From the IMG/VR virus record IMGVR_UViG_3300034355_000809: a stretch of DNA of 64,000 nt. The stretch is one strand, 5' to 3'. The stretch is from a virus. The position numbers and the translations under genes are program-made. The notes under the pieces were generated by a model. That model had not been told where the DNA came from. It was given only the letters and a program-made list of their open reading frames with translations, and did no database searches. This document shows positions 38,771 to 47,612 of this stretch, piece by piece. Each line of letters begins with the position of its first letter. The first letter of the stretch is position 1.

Positions 38771-39670
38771 ATGGCATTAAACAATGTTTTGGTGAATGAT
38801 ACTGTCAAAATAAAAGTAAAATTCTTAGATCAAGATTCTAGCGGCAATCAAGTAGATGCCACTATGACCAGTGTTACGGTAACTATCGTTGACATAAATG
38901 AAACTCCAATTGTAAACGCAGCTAACGCAACATCAACATCAGCTTCTGAATGGTACTACCCATTCGTTCCAACTGTAGCTGGAGCATATTCCGTAACTTT
39001 TACTGGCACTACAAACGGCAGTCCCCCTAAAACAATAACGTCTCAAACAAATATATACGCCAACAACAATGCTACTGACTACAGGCCAACTGTCACATTG
39101 AGGGCAGATGAAACAATACTTTTTGCTCCAGACGTTTCTCCACTTTATTTAGACCCAGAAGAGTTGTTGCCAATCTTTCCAGAAGCTTCTTTGATAGAAA
39201 TTGGAGAAATGATTTATCATCACTCCATGGAAATACAAGAAATGTATAAGTTAAAAGATGACGTAGATCCACTTACCCTTCCATCTGTTGTTTTGGATTA
39301 TATTAAAGCAGCTGCAGCATGTGATCTTAGTAGAACCTATGGATTTGGTGGAGACGATGAGCTTTCCTTAAAACTTGGAGACCTAGAAGTTGTAAATAGA
39401 TCTGCACCAAGGCAAATTGCCACAAGGTCTAATGCAACCACCTGGTGTCAGATAGCTGCTTCTTTAAGAAGGGAAGTTATTGCCAAGAAGGTATCGATGA
39501 AAGGTGTACTTCCAAAAGGTATACCGAACAAAAAAATCTCACTTACGGAAAGAGATCCAGGAACCGGCAAGAGAATATATATAACAAGTAAAGATATGTA
39601 TTCTGTTGGAAGCTCATATATCACGCAAGACAGTACAGTAGTTGATAGAAGACTAAGACAGTATGATTAA
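38771..39670 (+). CDS. Putative head-tail adaptor with N-terminal Ig-like domain
   Basis: GGAG SD; beta N-terminus and helical C-terminus with LKLGDL motif; position before the tail genes. Confidence 0.5.
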   Translation: MALNNVLVNDTVKIKVKFLDQDSSGNQVDATMTSVTVTIVDINETPIVNAANATSTSASEWYYPFVPTVAGAYSVTFTGTTNGSPPKTITSQTNIYANNNATDYRPTVTLRADETILFAPDVSPLYLDPEELLPIFPEASLIEIGEMIYHHSMEIQEMYKLKDDVDPLTLPSVVLDYIKAAAACDLSRTYGFGGDDELSLKLGDLEVVNRSAPRQIATRSNATTWCQIAASLRREVIAKKVSMKGVLPKGIPNKKISLTERDPGTGKRIYITSKDMYSVGSSYITQDSTVVDRRLRQYD

Positions 39671-40043
39671 TACGGCAAAAGCTTTTCAAAAGATATTAAG
39701 AGAATGGGGTCATGACGTTTTGATCCAAAGAAGACTCTCCGATGATGGAGTATATTCTGATAGATTTGAAAAAGTCACAACCAGACATATAACTGCAGCT
39801 TCAAGATATCTGGCTTCTACCAAAGAAGAAACCACAGAAGGTGTTATAATTAACTCTGATAGAATTTATTACTTTGCACCTGCAATTAATCCAAAATCAG
39901 GGGATAGAATATATGAGGAAATTTCTTCTGGTTTAGAAAATCAAATTCTATATGTGATGGAAGAGTGCTATCCAGTTAGAGGAAAAAATGGAAAGATTGA
40001 GTTCTGGACAGTTGGAGCTACAAAAGAAAGTCCGATGAGTTAA
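39663..40043 (+). CDS. Putative head-closure/neck protein
   Basis: 126 aa; P.SGDRI motif; gene position. Confidence 0.5.
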   Translation: MINTAKAFQKILREWGHDVLIQRRLSDDGVYSDRFEKVTTRHITAASRYLASTKEETTEGVIINSDRIYYFAPAINPKSGDRIYEEISSGLENQILYVMEECYPVRGKNGKIEFWTVGATKESPMS

Positions 40044-40046
40044 ATT

Positions 40047-41636
40047 ATGTTAGTAACAGCGCCTGGTCAAACAGTAGAGATTCCATTTGTATACAGAGAT
40101 GGATACGACTATGTTGACCCAACTACAAATATAACTATCTTTTTAAAAAGAGGTTACAATAGCGCTGGTGCATCAATACTAGGGCCGTACACATACAACG
40201 TTACACAAGCGTTAGCAGCTAGTCCAAACACAATTCAAACATATGAAAATGGAACTTATGTAGAAAGAAACTCTGAAGGTTCATATACGCTTTATATGAA
40301 AATTCCTTCAAACATTTTTGATGGAGAGTATACTGTTGCAATTAACGCAATGGCTGGCGGAGCACTCGATGCAAAAGAAATAGCCTTACAAACTAAGGGA
40401 ACAATTGATGTTTCTTTTGATGATTATTCATTAACGGAAAAAACAGTTGCGTTAAATAACAGATCAAAGTATAGAAAAATTGGCCAGTTCGATACGAATA
40501 ATGTATTACTGATAGGCCACACAGATGCCATGGAACCGTATGGCATACAGAAGATAAGTTCAATCCAAGAAGGCATAAACTTACTAAGAGCTGATTTTAA
40601 CTCACCATTACTTAGAGGAATGTTTGACGCATATAGTTGTGGAGCAAGAGACATATACATAATGTCTGCTGGGTACATGAGCGAATATGTAGAAACAGTT
40701 TCAGAAAGAAACGCAGCAAGATTTCAAGACGCTGTTAATAACACTAGTACTTTTTATCAGCTTTACTATAACAGACTTGCCGAATGCTATAACATGTTAA
40801 AAGAATATGATTTTTTTGACATTGTTGTCCCGTTAGAGACTTCAATAATAGATACTGGAACAGTTAATTTTGTTAAGCAACTCGCCAACTATTGCAATGC
40901 TGTACAGGCTAACAGCGGAGAAATAACAATAGGAATAATTGGATCTAGAACAGATGGAATAAATGCAACTGATACAACAAGTTTGTTGGTAAAAAATTTT
41001 GAAATTGAATCAACTGTTGATCTTAATGGATATATCACCAAAGATACTGGCAAGCATGTTATTTTAGTTTATGGGGAAATGATATTTAATCATAAACAAA
41101 TCCAAAGAAGTTACGCAGCGTCAGCTGCTGCTGCAGTAGCTGGAATGATTAGTTCCACACAGGTAAATATTGGCTTAAGTAAAAAAAGAATACCTGCAGC
41201 TCTATCAATATTTGGTGTTGATTTGTCTACTGATGAAGTTAAAAAACTTAATGCAAAAGGAATTAACGCTCTAACAAGAGGTGGAAGATCAAGAAAATTT
41301 GGTGGCCCATACGATGTTTATCTGAGTAGCGACTATACACAGTCAATAAGTGAATCTTTCAAAGATGCTTCAAATGTTAGATTAGCAGCAATGGTTATTG
41401 GAGAAGTCCAATCACTAAGCAAAAATGCAATAGGAAAATTTGCCTACTCCAAATTAAGCGCAAAGGTTGAAGCACTTCTTTCTTTTTTGAAAACTAATGA
41501 CATCATAAGAGACTATCAATTAGAGTCTTATGCAGATAAAACTGTCAAAGGCAAGTTATATTTTAATATAACACTAAAATCATCTAGAACGCTAAGACAG
41601 ATATCTTTTAACATAGCAACAGGCAAGGGTGTGTAA
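40047..41636 (+). CDS. Tail sheath-related protein
   Basis: C-terminal half parallels the sheath at 42461 (GARDIYI vs GAERVYI; L...GIN.L; C-terminal I...I strand). Confidence 0.55.
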   Translation: MLVTAPGQTVEIPFVYRDGYDYVDPTTNITIFLKRGYNSAGASILGPYTYNVTQALAASPNTIQTYENGTYVERNSEGSYTLYMKIPSNIFDGEYTVAINAMAGGALDAKEIALQTKGTIDVSFDDYSLTEKTVALNNRSKYRKIGQFDTNNVLLIGHTDAMEPYGIQKISSIQEGINLLRADFNSPLLRGMFDAYSCGARDIYIMSAGYMSEYVETVSERNAARFQDAVNNTSTFYQLYYNRLAECYNMLKEYDFFDIVVPLETSIIDTGTVNFVKQLANYCNAVQANSGEITIGIIGSRTDGINATDTTSLLVKNFEIESTVDLNGYITKDTGKHVILVYGEMIFNHKQIQRSYAASAAAAVAGMISSTQVNIGLSKKRIPAALSIFGVDLSTDEVKKLNAKGINALTRGGRSRKFGGPYDVYLSSDYTQSISESFKDASNVRLAAMVIGEVQSLSKNAIGKFAYSKLSAKVEALLSFLKTNDIIRDYQLESYADKTVKGKLYFNITLKSSRTLRQISFNIATGKGV

Positions 41637-42373
41637 TGGCACAAAATCAAATTAGATTCCCATCTTCAAACATTAACGAGATTGATTATAATAGAATGTT
41701 TGGGGCGCCTTTGCAGGCACAGGGTAACTTAACATATCTAGAATTTATAACAGCGGTTAAAGCGCTATGGGAAAACGCATACCCATCGATCAAAATAAAG
41801 CCAACACAATCAGGCGACTACGCTGAATACCCAGTTATTGTTTATGGCTTAGAACTAAGAAGGACTCACTCTTCTGAGCCTAAGCCAAGAACAAGAATCA
41901 GCCCAAACAATGATGTTGCTGTTTTTGGGCAAAGATTTCAAAATATAGTTACTTTTACTGTCATAACAGAGACTACCGAGGGAGCCCAATTAAAGGGCAC
42001 AGTAGGTAGATCTTCTGGCCCAGAAGTAGCTGATCAAATAATAGAAGCCTTTGAAGACTTTATGCTGGAGTACACTCCAGTTTTTAAAAGACTAGGAGCC
42101 TCAGAGCTGGTTTACGCCAGAAGAATGTCAGACTCTGAAGAAAATAGAGGTTCCTCAGACACCAACAGAAGAACGGTTAGCTATATGTTAACCACAGAAA
42201 AACTGTTTGCTATGGAGGTCCAGAAGATCGAAGAGATTTGCGTAGACGTTAGAAGATATATGGCCTACGAAAAAGAGCTGTGGGATGAGTATTATTATGG
42301 CTCTACCCCATCCTTTGAGGGCACCACCCTTAATATAATTGACTTAAATCAGGGCGCTACTCCAAATTCATAG
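41636..42373 (+). CDS. Putative tail terminator/completion protein
   Basis: YPVIVY motif; lies just before the sheath. Confidence 0.45.
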   Translation: MAQNQIRFPSSNINEIDYNRMFGAPLQAQGNLTYLEFITAVKALWENAYPSIKIKPTQSGDYAEYPVIVYGLELRRTHSSEPKPRTRISPNNDVAVFGQRFQNIVTFTVITETTEGAQLKGTVGRSSGPEVADQIIEAFEDFMLEYTPVFKRLGASELVYARRMSDSEENRGSSDTNRRTVSYMLTTEKLFAMEVQKIEEICVDVRRYMAYEKELWDEYYYGSTPSFEGTTLNIIDLNQGATPNS

Positions 42374-42405
42374 TATTTATGTAGTTTGTTTTCAATGACG
42401 CACCA

Positions 42406-42414
42406 TTACTATAT
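42406..42414 (+). promoter_or_regulatory. Putative late promoter TTACTATAT
   Basis: Recurrent motif upstream of the sheath gene. Confidence 0.55.
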
Positions 42415-42460
42415 CCATGAAGTAAAAATATAAAATGCTGCAAGCGGAGGTCTAAGGACA

Positions 42461-43744
42461 ATGGCTCTACCAGGTGTAAAAACAATAATCAAAGATAGAT
42501 TTTATAGCATTTCTCGCCAGGATATTCCTGTTGGTCCGAGAGTTGTTCTAATTGCTAAAAGAGGAACAGCCAGTGGAACTGGCAATGTTCAAGATCTCGA
42601 CGTAGTACAAGCTACTGGAGAACAGGATGTCATCACTGCATTCGGTGAAGATTCACAAATCCACAGAGGATATTTTGAACTTGTAGCAGGTGGAGCTGAA
42701 AGAGTATATATCGTTCCACTTCCAGCAGACTCAGTATTCAATCATACAACTGGTGCAATCACCAGCGTAACGTATGCAGCAGCAGGTGGCGGTAACGTAT
42801 TTGACGCAGCATTTGAATCAGCAGAAGCTGCACAGCCAGACATCATTGTCCCTTGGGGTCGTGGAACTCACTCAAGCGAGTGGGAAGATCCTGCAACTCC
42901 AGGCAATGACGAAGAGTATGGCTTTTATGCAAATAACGCAGCAACAGCAAATAGCTGGGCAGGAAAAGTAGCTTACAAGGTAAAGCAGATTTCTGAGAAC
43001 TCACACGCATGTTTCGCAATTATGGGCATTAAAGCATATGTTGGAACTTCACAATTTATGACTCCAGCACAAGTTTCTTCACACCTTTACAACTCAGGTT
43101 CCGGTCCTGCAAACTTAATTAGCAGAGATTCAACTGTAGATTTTGGAGTAGCTGGAGATGGTCTATTTAAAGAAATCGGAAGACATATTGTAGTTATTGC
43201 TTCAGAACTCAAGCCAGTTAACTATCCAGCTGATTGGGGTTTTGCTAATGGTGCAACTACGTTTGCGTCAGCAATTAGCAGAATGTCTTCATTCACTTCA
43301 CCAGTTAACAAGACTGCTTACAACGTTGCTGCGCTAAGATATAACCCAACAAGAACACACCAGAACGGTCTTTCTGATCTCGGTGTAAACTTTATTGCAT
43401 TGAATTTTAATAAAGTTCCTACTTTTGTAGAGGGTTTGACAATGGCAGCAGGAACTTCGGACTACACAAGAATCTCAACAATGAGAATTGTTACCGAAGC
43501 AGCTCTTTTGGTAAGACAAGTTTGCACGAAGTTTGTTGGCGAGGCATCCACGTTGCAGACACGCAACTCAATGGAAACAGCCATTACTTCGGCATTAAAG
43601 GGGATGCAACAAGTAGGAGCCTTGCTAGACAGTGACTTTACAGTAAGTTACTGGCCAGCAGAAAACAAGGCGTTTGTTGACCTCGTAATCACGCCAGCAT
43701 TTGAACTCAAGAACATTGAAGTTCAAGTAGCTGTCACAATATAA
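42461..43744 (+). CDS. Contractile tail sheath protein
   Basis: N-terminal LPGV; C-terminal RIV...FVGE...P.FELKNI.V sheath pattern. Confidence 0.75.
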   Translation: MALPGVKTIIKDRFYSISRQDIPVGPRVVLIAKRGTASGTGNVQDLDVVQATGEQDVITAFGEDSQIHRGYFELVAGGAERVYIVPLPADSVFNHTTGAITSVTYAAAGGGNVFDAAFESAEAAQPDIIVPWGRGTHSSEWEDPATPGNDEEYGFYANNAATANSWAGKVAYKVKQISENSHACFAIMGIKAYVGTSQFMTPAQVSSHLYNSGSGPANLISRDSTVDFGVAGDGLFKEIGRHIVVIASELKPVNYPADWGFANGATTFASAISRMSSFTSPVNKTAYNVAALRYNPTRTHQNGLSDLGVNFIALNFNKVPTFVEGLTMAAGTSDYTRISTMRIVTEAALLVRQVCTKFVGEASTLQTRNSMETAITSALKGMQQVGALLDSDFTVSYWPAENKAFVDLVITPAFELKNIEVQVAVTI

Positions 43745-43782
43745 TAATCATATAATTAATATACCGAATTGGAGGGTATAAT

Positions 43783-44481
43783 ATGGCTGGTTCAGACTAT
43801 TACGACAGCGCGGTCAATAAGTATCTCAATACTTACACCACGTTCTCAGGAGCAGATATCGTAGCTACTTTTGGTGGCATCGAAATTGGAGCTCTTTCAG
43901 GAATCACTTTCTCTGTAACCAGAGAGAAAGCTCCTATTTACACAATGGGTTCACCAAACCCAAGATCGTTCTCAAGAGGCAAGCGTGGAATCGCAGGCTC
44001 ATTGATCTTCACAGTGTTTGACCGTCCAGCTCTTTACCAGATGCTCGATGCCAACCACCAGAAGGACAATCCACAAATGTTCTACACCAGAAGACATAAC
44101 ACTCTTCCAGGTGATGTTGGACACAAGCGCGGAATTGCAGAATTCTCAGCTCAAGATTCTGACATAGTATCACAGGTTCCATTCTATGCTGACCAAATTC
44201 CTCCGTTCGACATAACGATCACTTTTGCCAACGAATATGGCCAAGGTGCAGTTCGCTCGATCTATGGCGTTGAACTTCTCAATGAGGGTTCTGGCGCTTC
44301 GATGGACGACATTGTTATCGAAGAAACGATGACTTATGTTGCCAGAGAAATTGGACCAATGTACAGAATAACCACTGATCAGTTGTCCAATGGCAAGTTT
44401 AATACGGGTGATCTGAAAGACATTATCAACAAGGACACGGTAGCAGACGCAGGTCTCAATCCTAAGATAATTAGACCATAA
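43783..44481 (+). CDS. Major tail tube protein
   Basis: Follows the sheath; FSGADI...REKAPIYTMG...RGKRGIAGSLIF; GGAGG SD; terminator downstream. Confidence 0.7.
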   Translation: MAGSDYYDSAVNKYLNTYTTFSGADIVATFGGIEIGALSGITFSVTREKAPIYTMGSPNPRSFSRGKRGIAGSLIFTVFDRPALYQMLDANHQKDNPQMFYTRRHNTLPGDVGHKRGIAEFSAQDSDIVSQVPFYADQIPPFDITITFANEYGQGAVRSIYGVELLNEGSGASMDDIVIEETMTYVAREIGPMYRITTDQLSNGKFNTGDLKDIINKDTVADAGLNPKIIRP

Positions 44482-44506
44482 GTTATTAAATAATTAAAAG
44501 TAAGTT

Positions 44507-44550
44507 GATATGGAGGACGGGGGAAACTCTGGTCCTCCATATCTGTTTTT
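44507..44550 (+). terminator. Rho-independent terminator
   Basis: GATATGGAGGAC...GTCCTCCATATC 12-bp stem followed by TGTTTTT. Confidence 0.8.
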
Positions 44551-44570
44551 AAGCGCAAAGATAGGACAAC

Positions 44571-45311
44571 ATGGACATAATTGATCCCCTACCAATCAAA
44601 CGTGATTTTAGATCAGCAAGTAATAAAAATCTTTACGACACAACCGCTATAAGTAAGATAAGAGCTGAAAAAGGATTACCAGATCCGTTTTCCAATATGT
44701 CATTTGCTGGTACGGATATCACAGCCACAATGGTTATCCCTGCCATAGATAGAGTTGGCGGCACAGTAAGCTCTATGGATGTTCTAGAGCTCGCAGAAAT
44801 ACAAACCATCTCTTATTCTATACACAGAGAAAATGCTCCTGTTAGAACCTTAGGACACGTAAACCCAAGAGGTTTTGTTAAAGGGGCAAGAACAATTGGT
44901 GGATCATTAATCTTTACAGTCTTCAATGAATACGCTTTTTATAGAATAAAAGAATATAGACAGATAATGGCTGAAACAGGTTTGTTTTTTGCCCCACTAG
45001 CAGACATGCTCCCACCATTTGATATTGTTTTAACATTCTTTAATGAGTACGGTCTCGGCGCTAAAATGAAAATATACGGTGTTACTATAATAGACGAAGG
45101 CCAGACCATGTCTGTTGACGACCTAATAACAGAACAAACTTATATGTTTATGGCAAGAGGAATACAGCCAATGATTTCGATGGACTATGACCCAATGTTG
45201 CTTGGACCAGATGAAAGTGCAGTCTACAAAGATAGACAAAACAATTATTATGGTGAAGATAAGATGGTAGAATATACTACATTCATTGACAGAATAAGAA
45301 AGCCAGAGTAA
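44571..45311 (+). CDS. Tail tube-like paralogue
   Basis: SFAGTDI...RENAPVRTLG...KGARTIGGSLIF...PPFDI, shared with 43783. Confidence 0.65.
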   Translation: MDIIDPLPIKRDFRSASNKNLYDTTAISKIRAEKGLPDPFSNMSFAGTDITATMVIPAIDRVGGTVSSMDVLELAEIQTISYSIHRENAPVRTLGHVNPRGFVKGARTIGGSLIFTVFNEYAFYRIKEYRQIMAETGLFFAPLADMLPPFDIVLTFFNEYGLGAKMKIYGVTIIDEGQTMSVDDLITEQTYMFMARGIQPMISMDYDPMLLGPDESAVYKDRQNNYYGEDKMVEYTTFIDRIRKPE

Positions 45312-45314
45312 TTT

Positions 45315-46376
45315 ATGGCAGGACCAATTGATTACGGCAGGATAATAGGCAGGAAACCATTCAGGCCATTTAGCGCTTATCTTCCACCAGAGATTAAGAT
45401 ATCAAAAGAAAACAATGACTTTTCTTTAATTAGTCCACAATCCTTTGATCCGCTAAATGAAAACATAGATTTACAATGGGCAGGAAAAGTAGACGACACA
45501 AATAAATTTAATAATTATTATGATTATTACTTTAGTGGTGAAGACATTAAAGTATACATTGATGGACTTTTTGATGCCGGAGATGAGTTAGACATGGCAG
45601 GTTTTGCATTTACAATTAGCCAGCAAAAAGCTCCACTGTTTGGATTTTGGTCTTATAACTATGATGTTATGATGACCGGAACAAGAATTGTAAATGGACA
45701 AATGACCATACATAGCAGATATCCAGGAAGAATGAAAGACCTTTTATCCAAAGCTGCTAAAGTAAGAACTGATTTTTATTCTGATAAACCAAGTTCTCAA
45801 ATTCAATCATACTTAAGAAGCGACTCAGAAGATATTGAAGATGAAAAAAACGTACAAAAATGGTGGGCCAGCAGTCAGTTAGATAGACTTGGATCAGACG
45901 GCAGAGGTTCTGATAATAGAAACATTTTTAGTGCTCACCCACCTTTTAACTTTGTTATCAAATATGGGACCCAAGAGGGTTCAATGACCACACTAGCCAG
46001 GAATGAAGGCACTCAAAGTGACTCAAACTATGACACTTTAGACAGGTTAATGTCACTTGATGTTAACGATAGATTAGTGCAAAGAAACCCATCTGGTCCA
46101 TTTCAAATGGATATTGTTTTGCAAAGCGTACACTTGAACTCAATGAGCACGAGCTATGCCGCAGGAGGCATGCTAGTTATTGAATCTTACGATTTTACTG
46201 CCAGAGATATGTATGTATCAGATGGAAAACTAAAGGAACCAGAAAACGGTACAATAACGGTAAATGAGCAAAAGGGTTCTTTAGGAACTGACCCAAACAA
46301 GGTGCAAGCACCTCCTACCCAAGAGCAGCTTCTGACCATAAAAGATAGGGCAGTTCTTTTTGAAAGACCAATGTAA
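45315..46376 (+). CDS. Tail tube-like/baseplate hub paralogue
   Basis: FSGEDI...QQKAPLFG...GTRIVNG...PPFN. Confidence 0.55.
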   Translation: MAGPIDYGRIIGRKPFRPFSAYLPPEIKISKENNDFSLISPQSFDPLNENIDLQWAGKVDDTNKFNNYYDYYFSGEDIKVYIDGLFDAGDELDMAGFAFTISQQKAPLFGFWSYNYDVMMTGTRIVNGQMTIHSRYPGRMKDLLSKAAKVRTDFYSDKPSSQIQSYLRSDSEDIEDEKNVQKWWASSQLDRLGSDGRGSDNRNIFSAHPPFNFVIKYGTQEGSMTTLARNEGTQSDSNYDTLDRLMSLDVNDRLVQRNPSGPFQMDIVLQSVHLNSMSTSYAAGGMLVIESYDFTARDMYVSDGKLKEPENGTITVNEQKGSLGTDPNKVQAPPTQEQLLTIKDRAVLFERPM

Positions 46377-46442
46377 TATAAAAATACAATAGAAAATATG
46401 TGATATAATTTTTGATGTGACTATAGTTAATAGGAGAAAAAA

Positions 46443-46964
46443 ATGAACGAAGCTAGAAAAGTTGTAGTTAAAGATTCGCCAGAAATTGCAGAAGAAGTAG
46501 GAGCTGACTCAGTACTCATCCTGTCAGAAGAAGTTGACACGCAGGAAACTATGCAAGAAGTTGAAGCCGATGAAGAGATTGCATTAGGAGTAGAAGACTT
46601 GCCAGATGACGAATTGATTTGGCCTGGCGGTCCAACCGCAGGACAGATTAAAATGTGGAAGCAAGAATATGGTGATGTTTATGTAACCTCAATCACCTAT
46701 GACAAGCACATCGCTTGGAGAACTTTGAATAGACTTGAGTACAAGAATCTGGTTAAGAAGATGGAACAACTCGTCCAAGCAGGCCAGTTAACTCAAAGCG
46801 AAGCAAATCTTTGGAACGAAGAAGCAATTACTGAAATATGCATTCTTTACCCAGCTTATGATAAGCAGTCTTTGGTTTCAGAAATGGCTGGACTTCCTTC
46901 TTTGATTTCACAAGAAGTTCTTGAAGCATCTGGATTCTTAGCCCTTGAGGTAAGACAGCTCTAA
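46443..46964 (+). CDS. Putative tail assembly chaperone
   Basis: WKQEYG.VY and WR.L.R.EY motifs; upstream of the tape-measure-like gene. Confidence 0.6.
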   Translation: MNEARKVVVKDSPEIAEEVGADSVLILSEEVDTQETMQEVEADEEIALGVEDLPDDELIWPGGPTAGQIKMWKQEYGDVYVTSITYDKHIAWRTLNRLEYKNLVKKMEQLVQAGQLTQSEANLWNEEAITEICILYPAYDKQSLVSEMAGLPSLISQEVLEASGFLALEVRQL

Positions 46965-46968
46965 TAAT

Positions 46969-47595
46969 ATGATTAACCCAGAGTTTTTGTATGAATTGAA
47001 ATCCTTATACGGCTCTGTATTTGAAACATATTTAAAAAAAGACTTAGTATTATTCCGCGAACTAACCTTTGCTGAGTTTGATCAAATAACAGAGCATCAA
47101 AATTCTGGAGAATCTTCTGCTGAAATAGAAGAACTAATTATAAAACTTGGCGTTATTTATCCAGAAAATATTAACGTAGATGCCTATCCTGCTGGGATAG
47201 TGTCAGCTTTAGCTGAAGAAATTCTAGAAGAATCTGGCTTTGCATCGCCAAAAAAAGCTAAAAGAATATTAGACGAAAAAAGAATAGAAGCTTCTGAGGT
47301 AAGAAGCTTAATGAAAGCTTTTGTTTTGGCTACTATAACATCGTATACTCCAGAAGATCTAGACAATCTTACCTATACTAAACTTGCGCAAAAAGTAGCT
47401 TTATCAGAAAAGATAATGGAAATCAAACAAGCTATTTTAGGTATGGAATCAACAAACGTAACGCTCCAATTGGTGGATCCAGAAGAAATAATGGAACAGC
47501 AAGAAGATATGGCTAAGCGATACAACCAGTCTAGAAAAGAAGGTGAAGCAAAATACAATGACCCTGTTGCACAAAAGCTTTGGGGCGCAAGATAG
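46969..47595 (+). CDS. Putative second tail assembly chaperone (paralogue)
   Basis: LK..YG.VF...FRELT..EF...AG....L..EIL..SGF, shared with 46443. Confidence 0.55.
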   Translation: MINPEFLYELKSLYGSVFETYLKKDLVLFRELTFAEFDQITEHQNSGESSAEIEELIIKLGVIYPENINVDAYPAGIVSALAEEILEESGFASPKKAKRILDEKRIEASEVRSLMKAFVLATITSYTPEDLDNLTYTKLAQKVALSEKIMEIKQAILGMESTNVTLQLVDPEEIMEQQEDMAKRYNQSRKEGEAKYNDPVAQKLWGAR

Positions 47596-47612
47596 TAGAA
47601 GGGTAGTTTGTC

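Noticed and set aside
46940-46990. Classical -1 programmed frameshift between tail assembly chaperones
   Set aside because: No X XXY YYZ slippery heptamer is evident before the stop at 46964, and the second gene has its own ATG and looks like a full paralogue.
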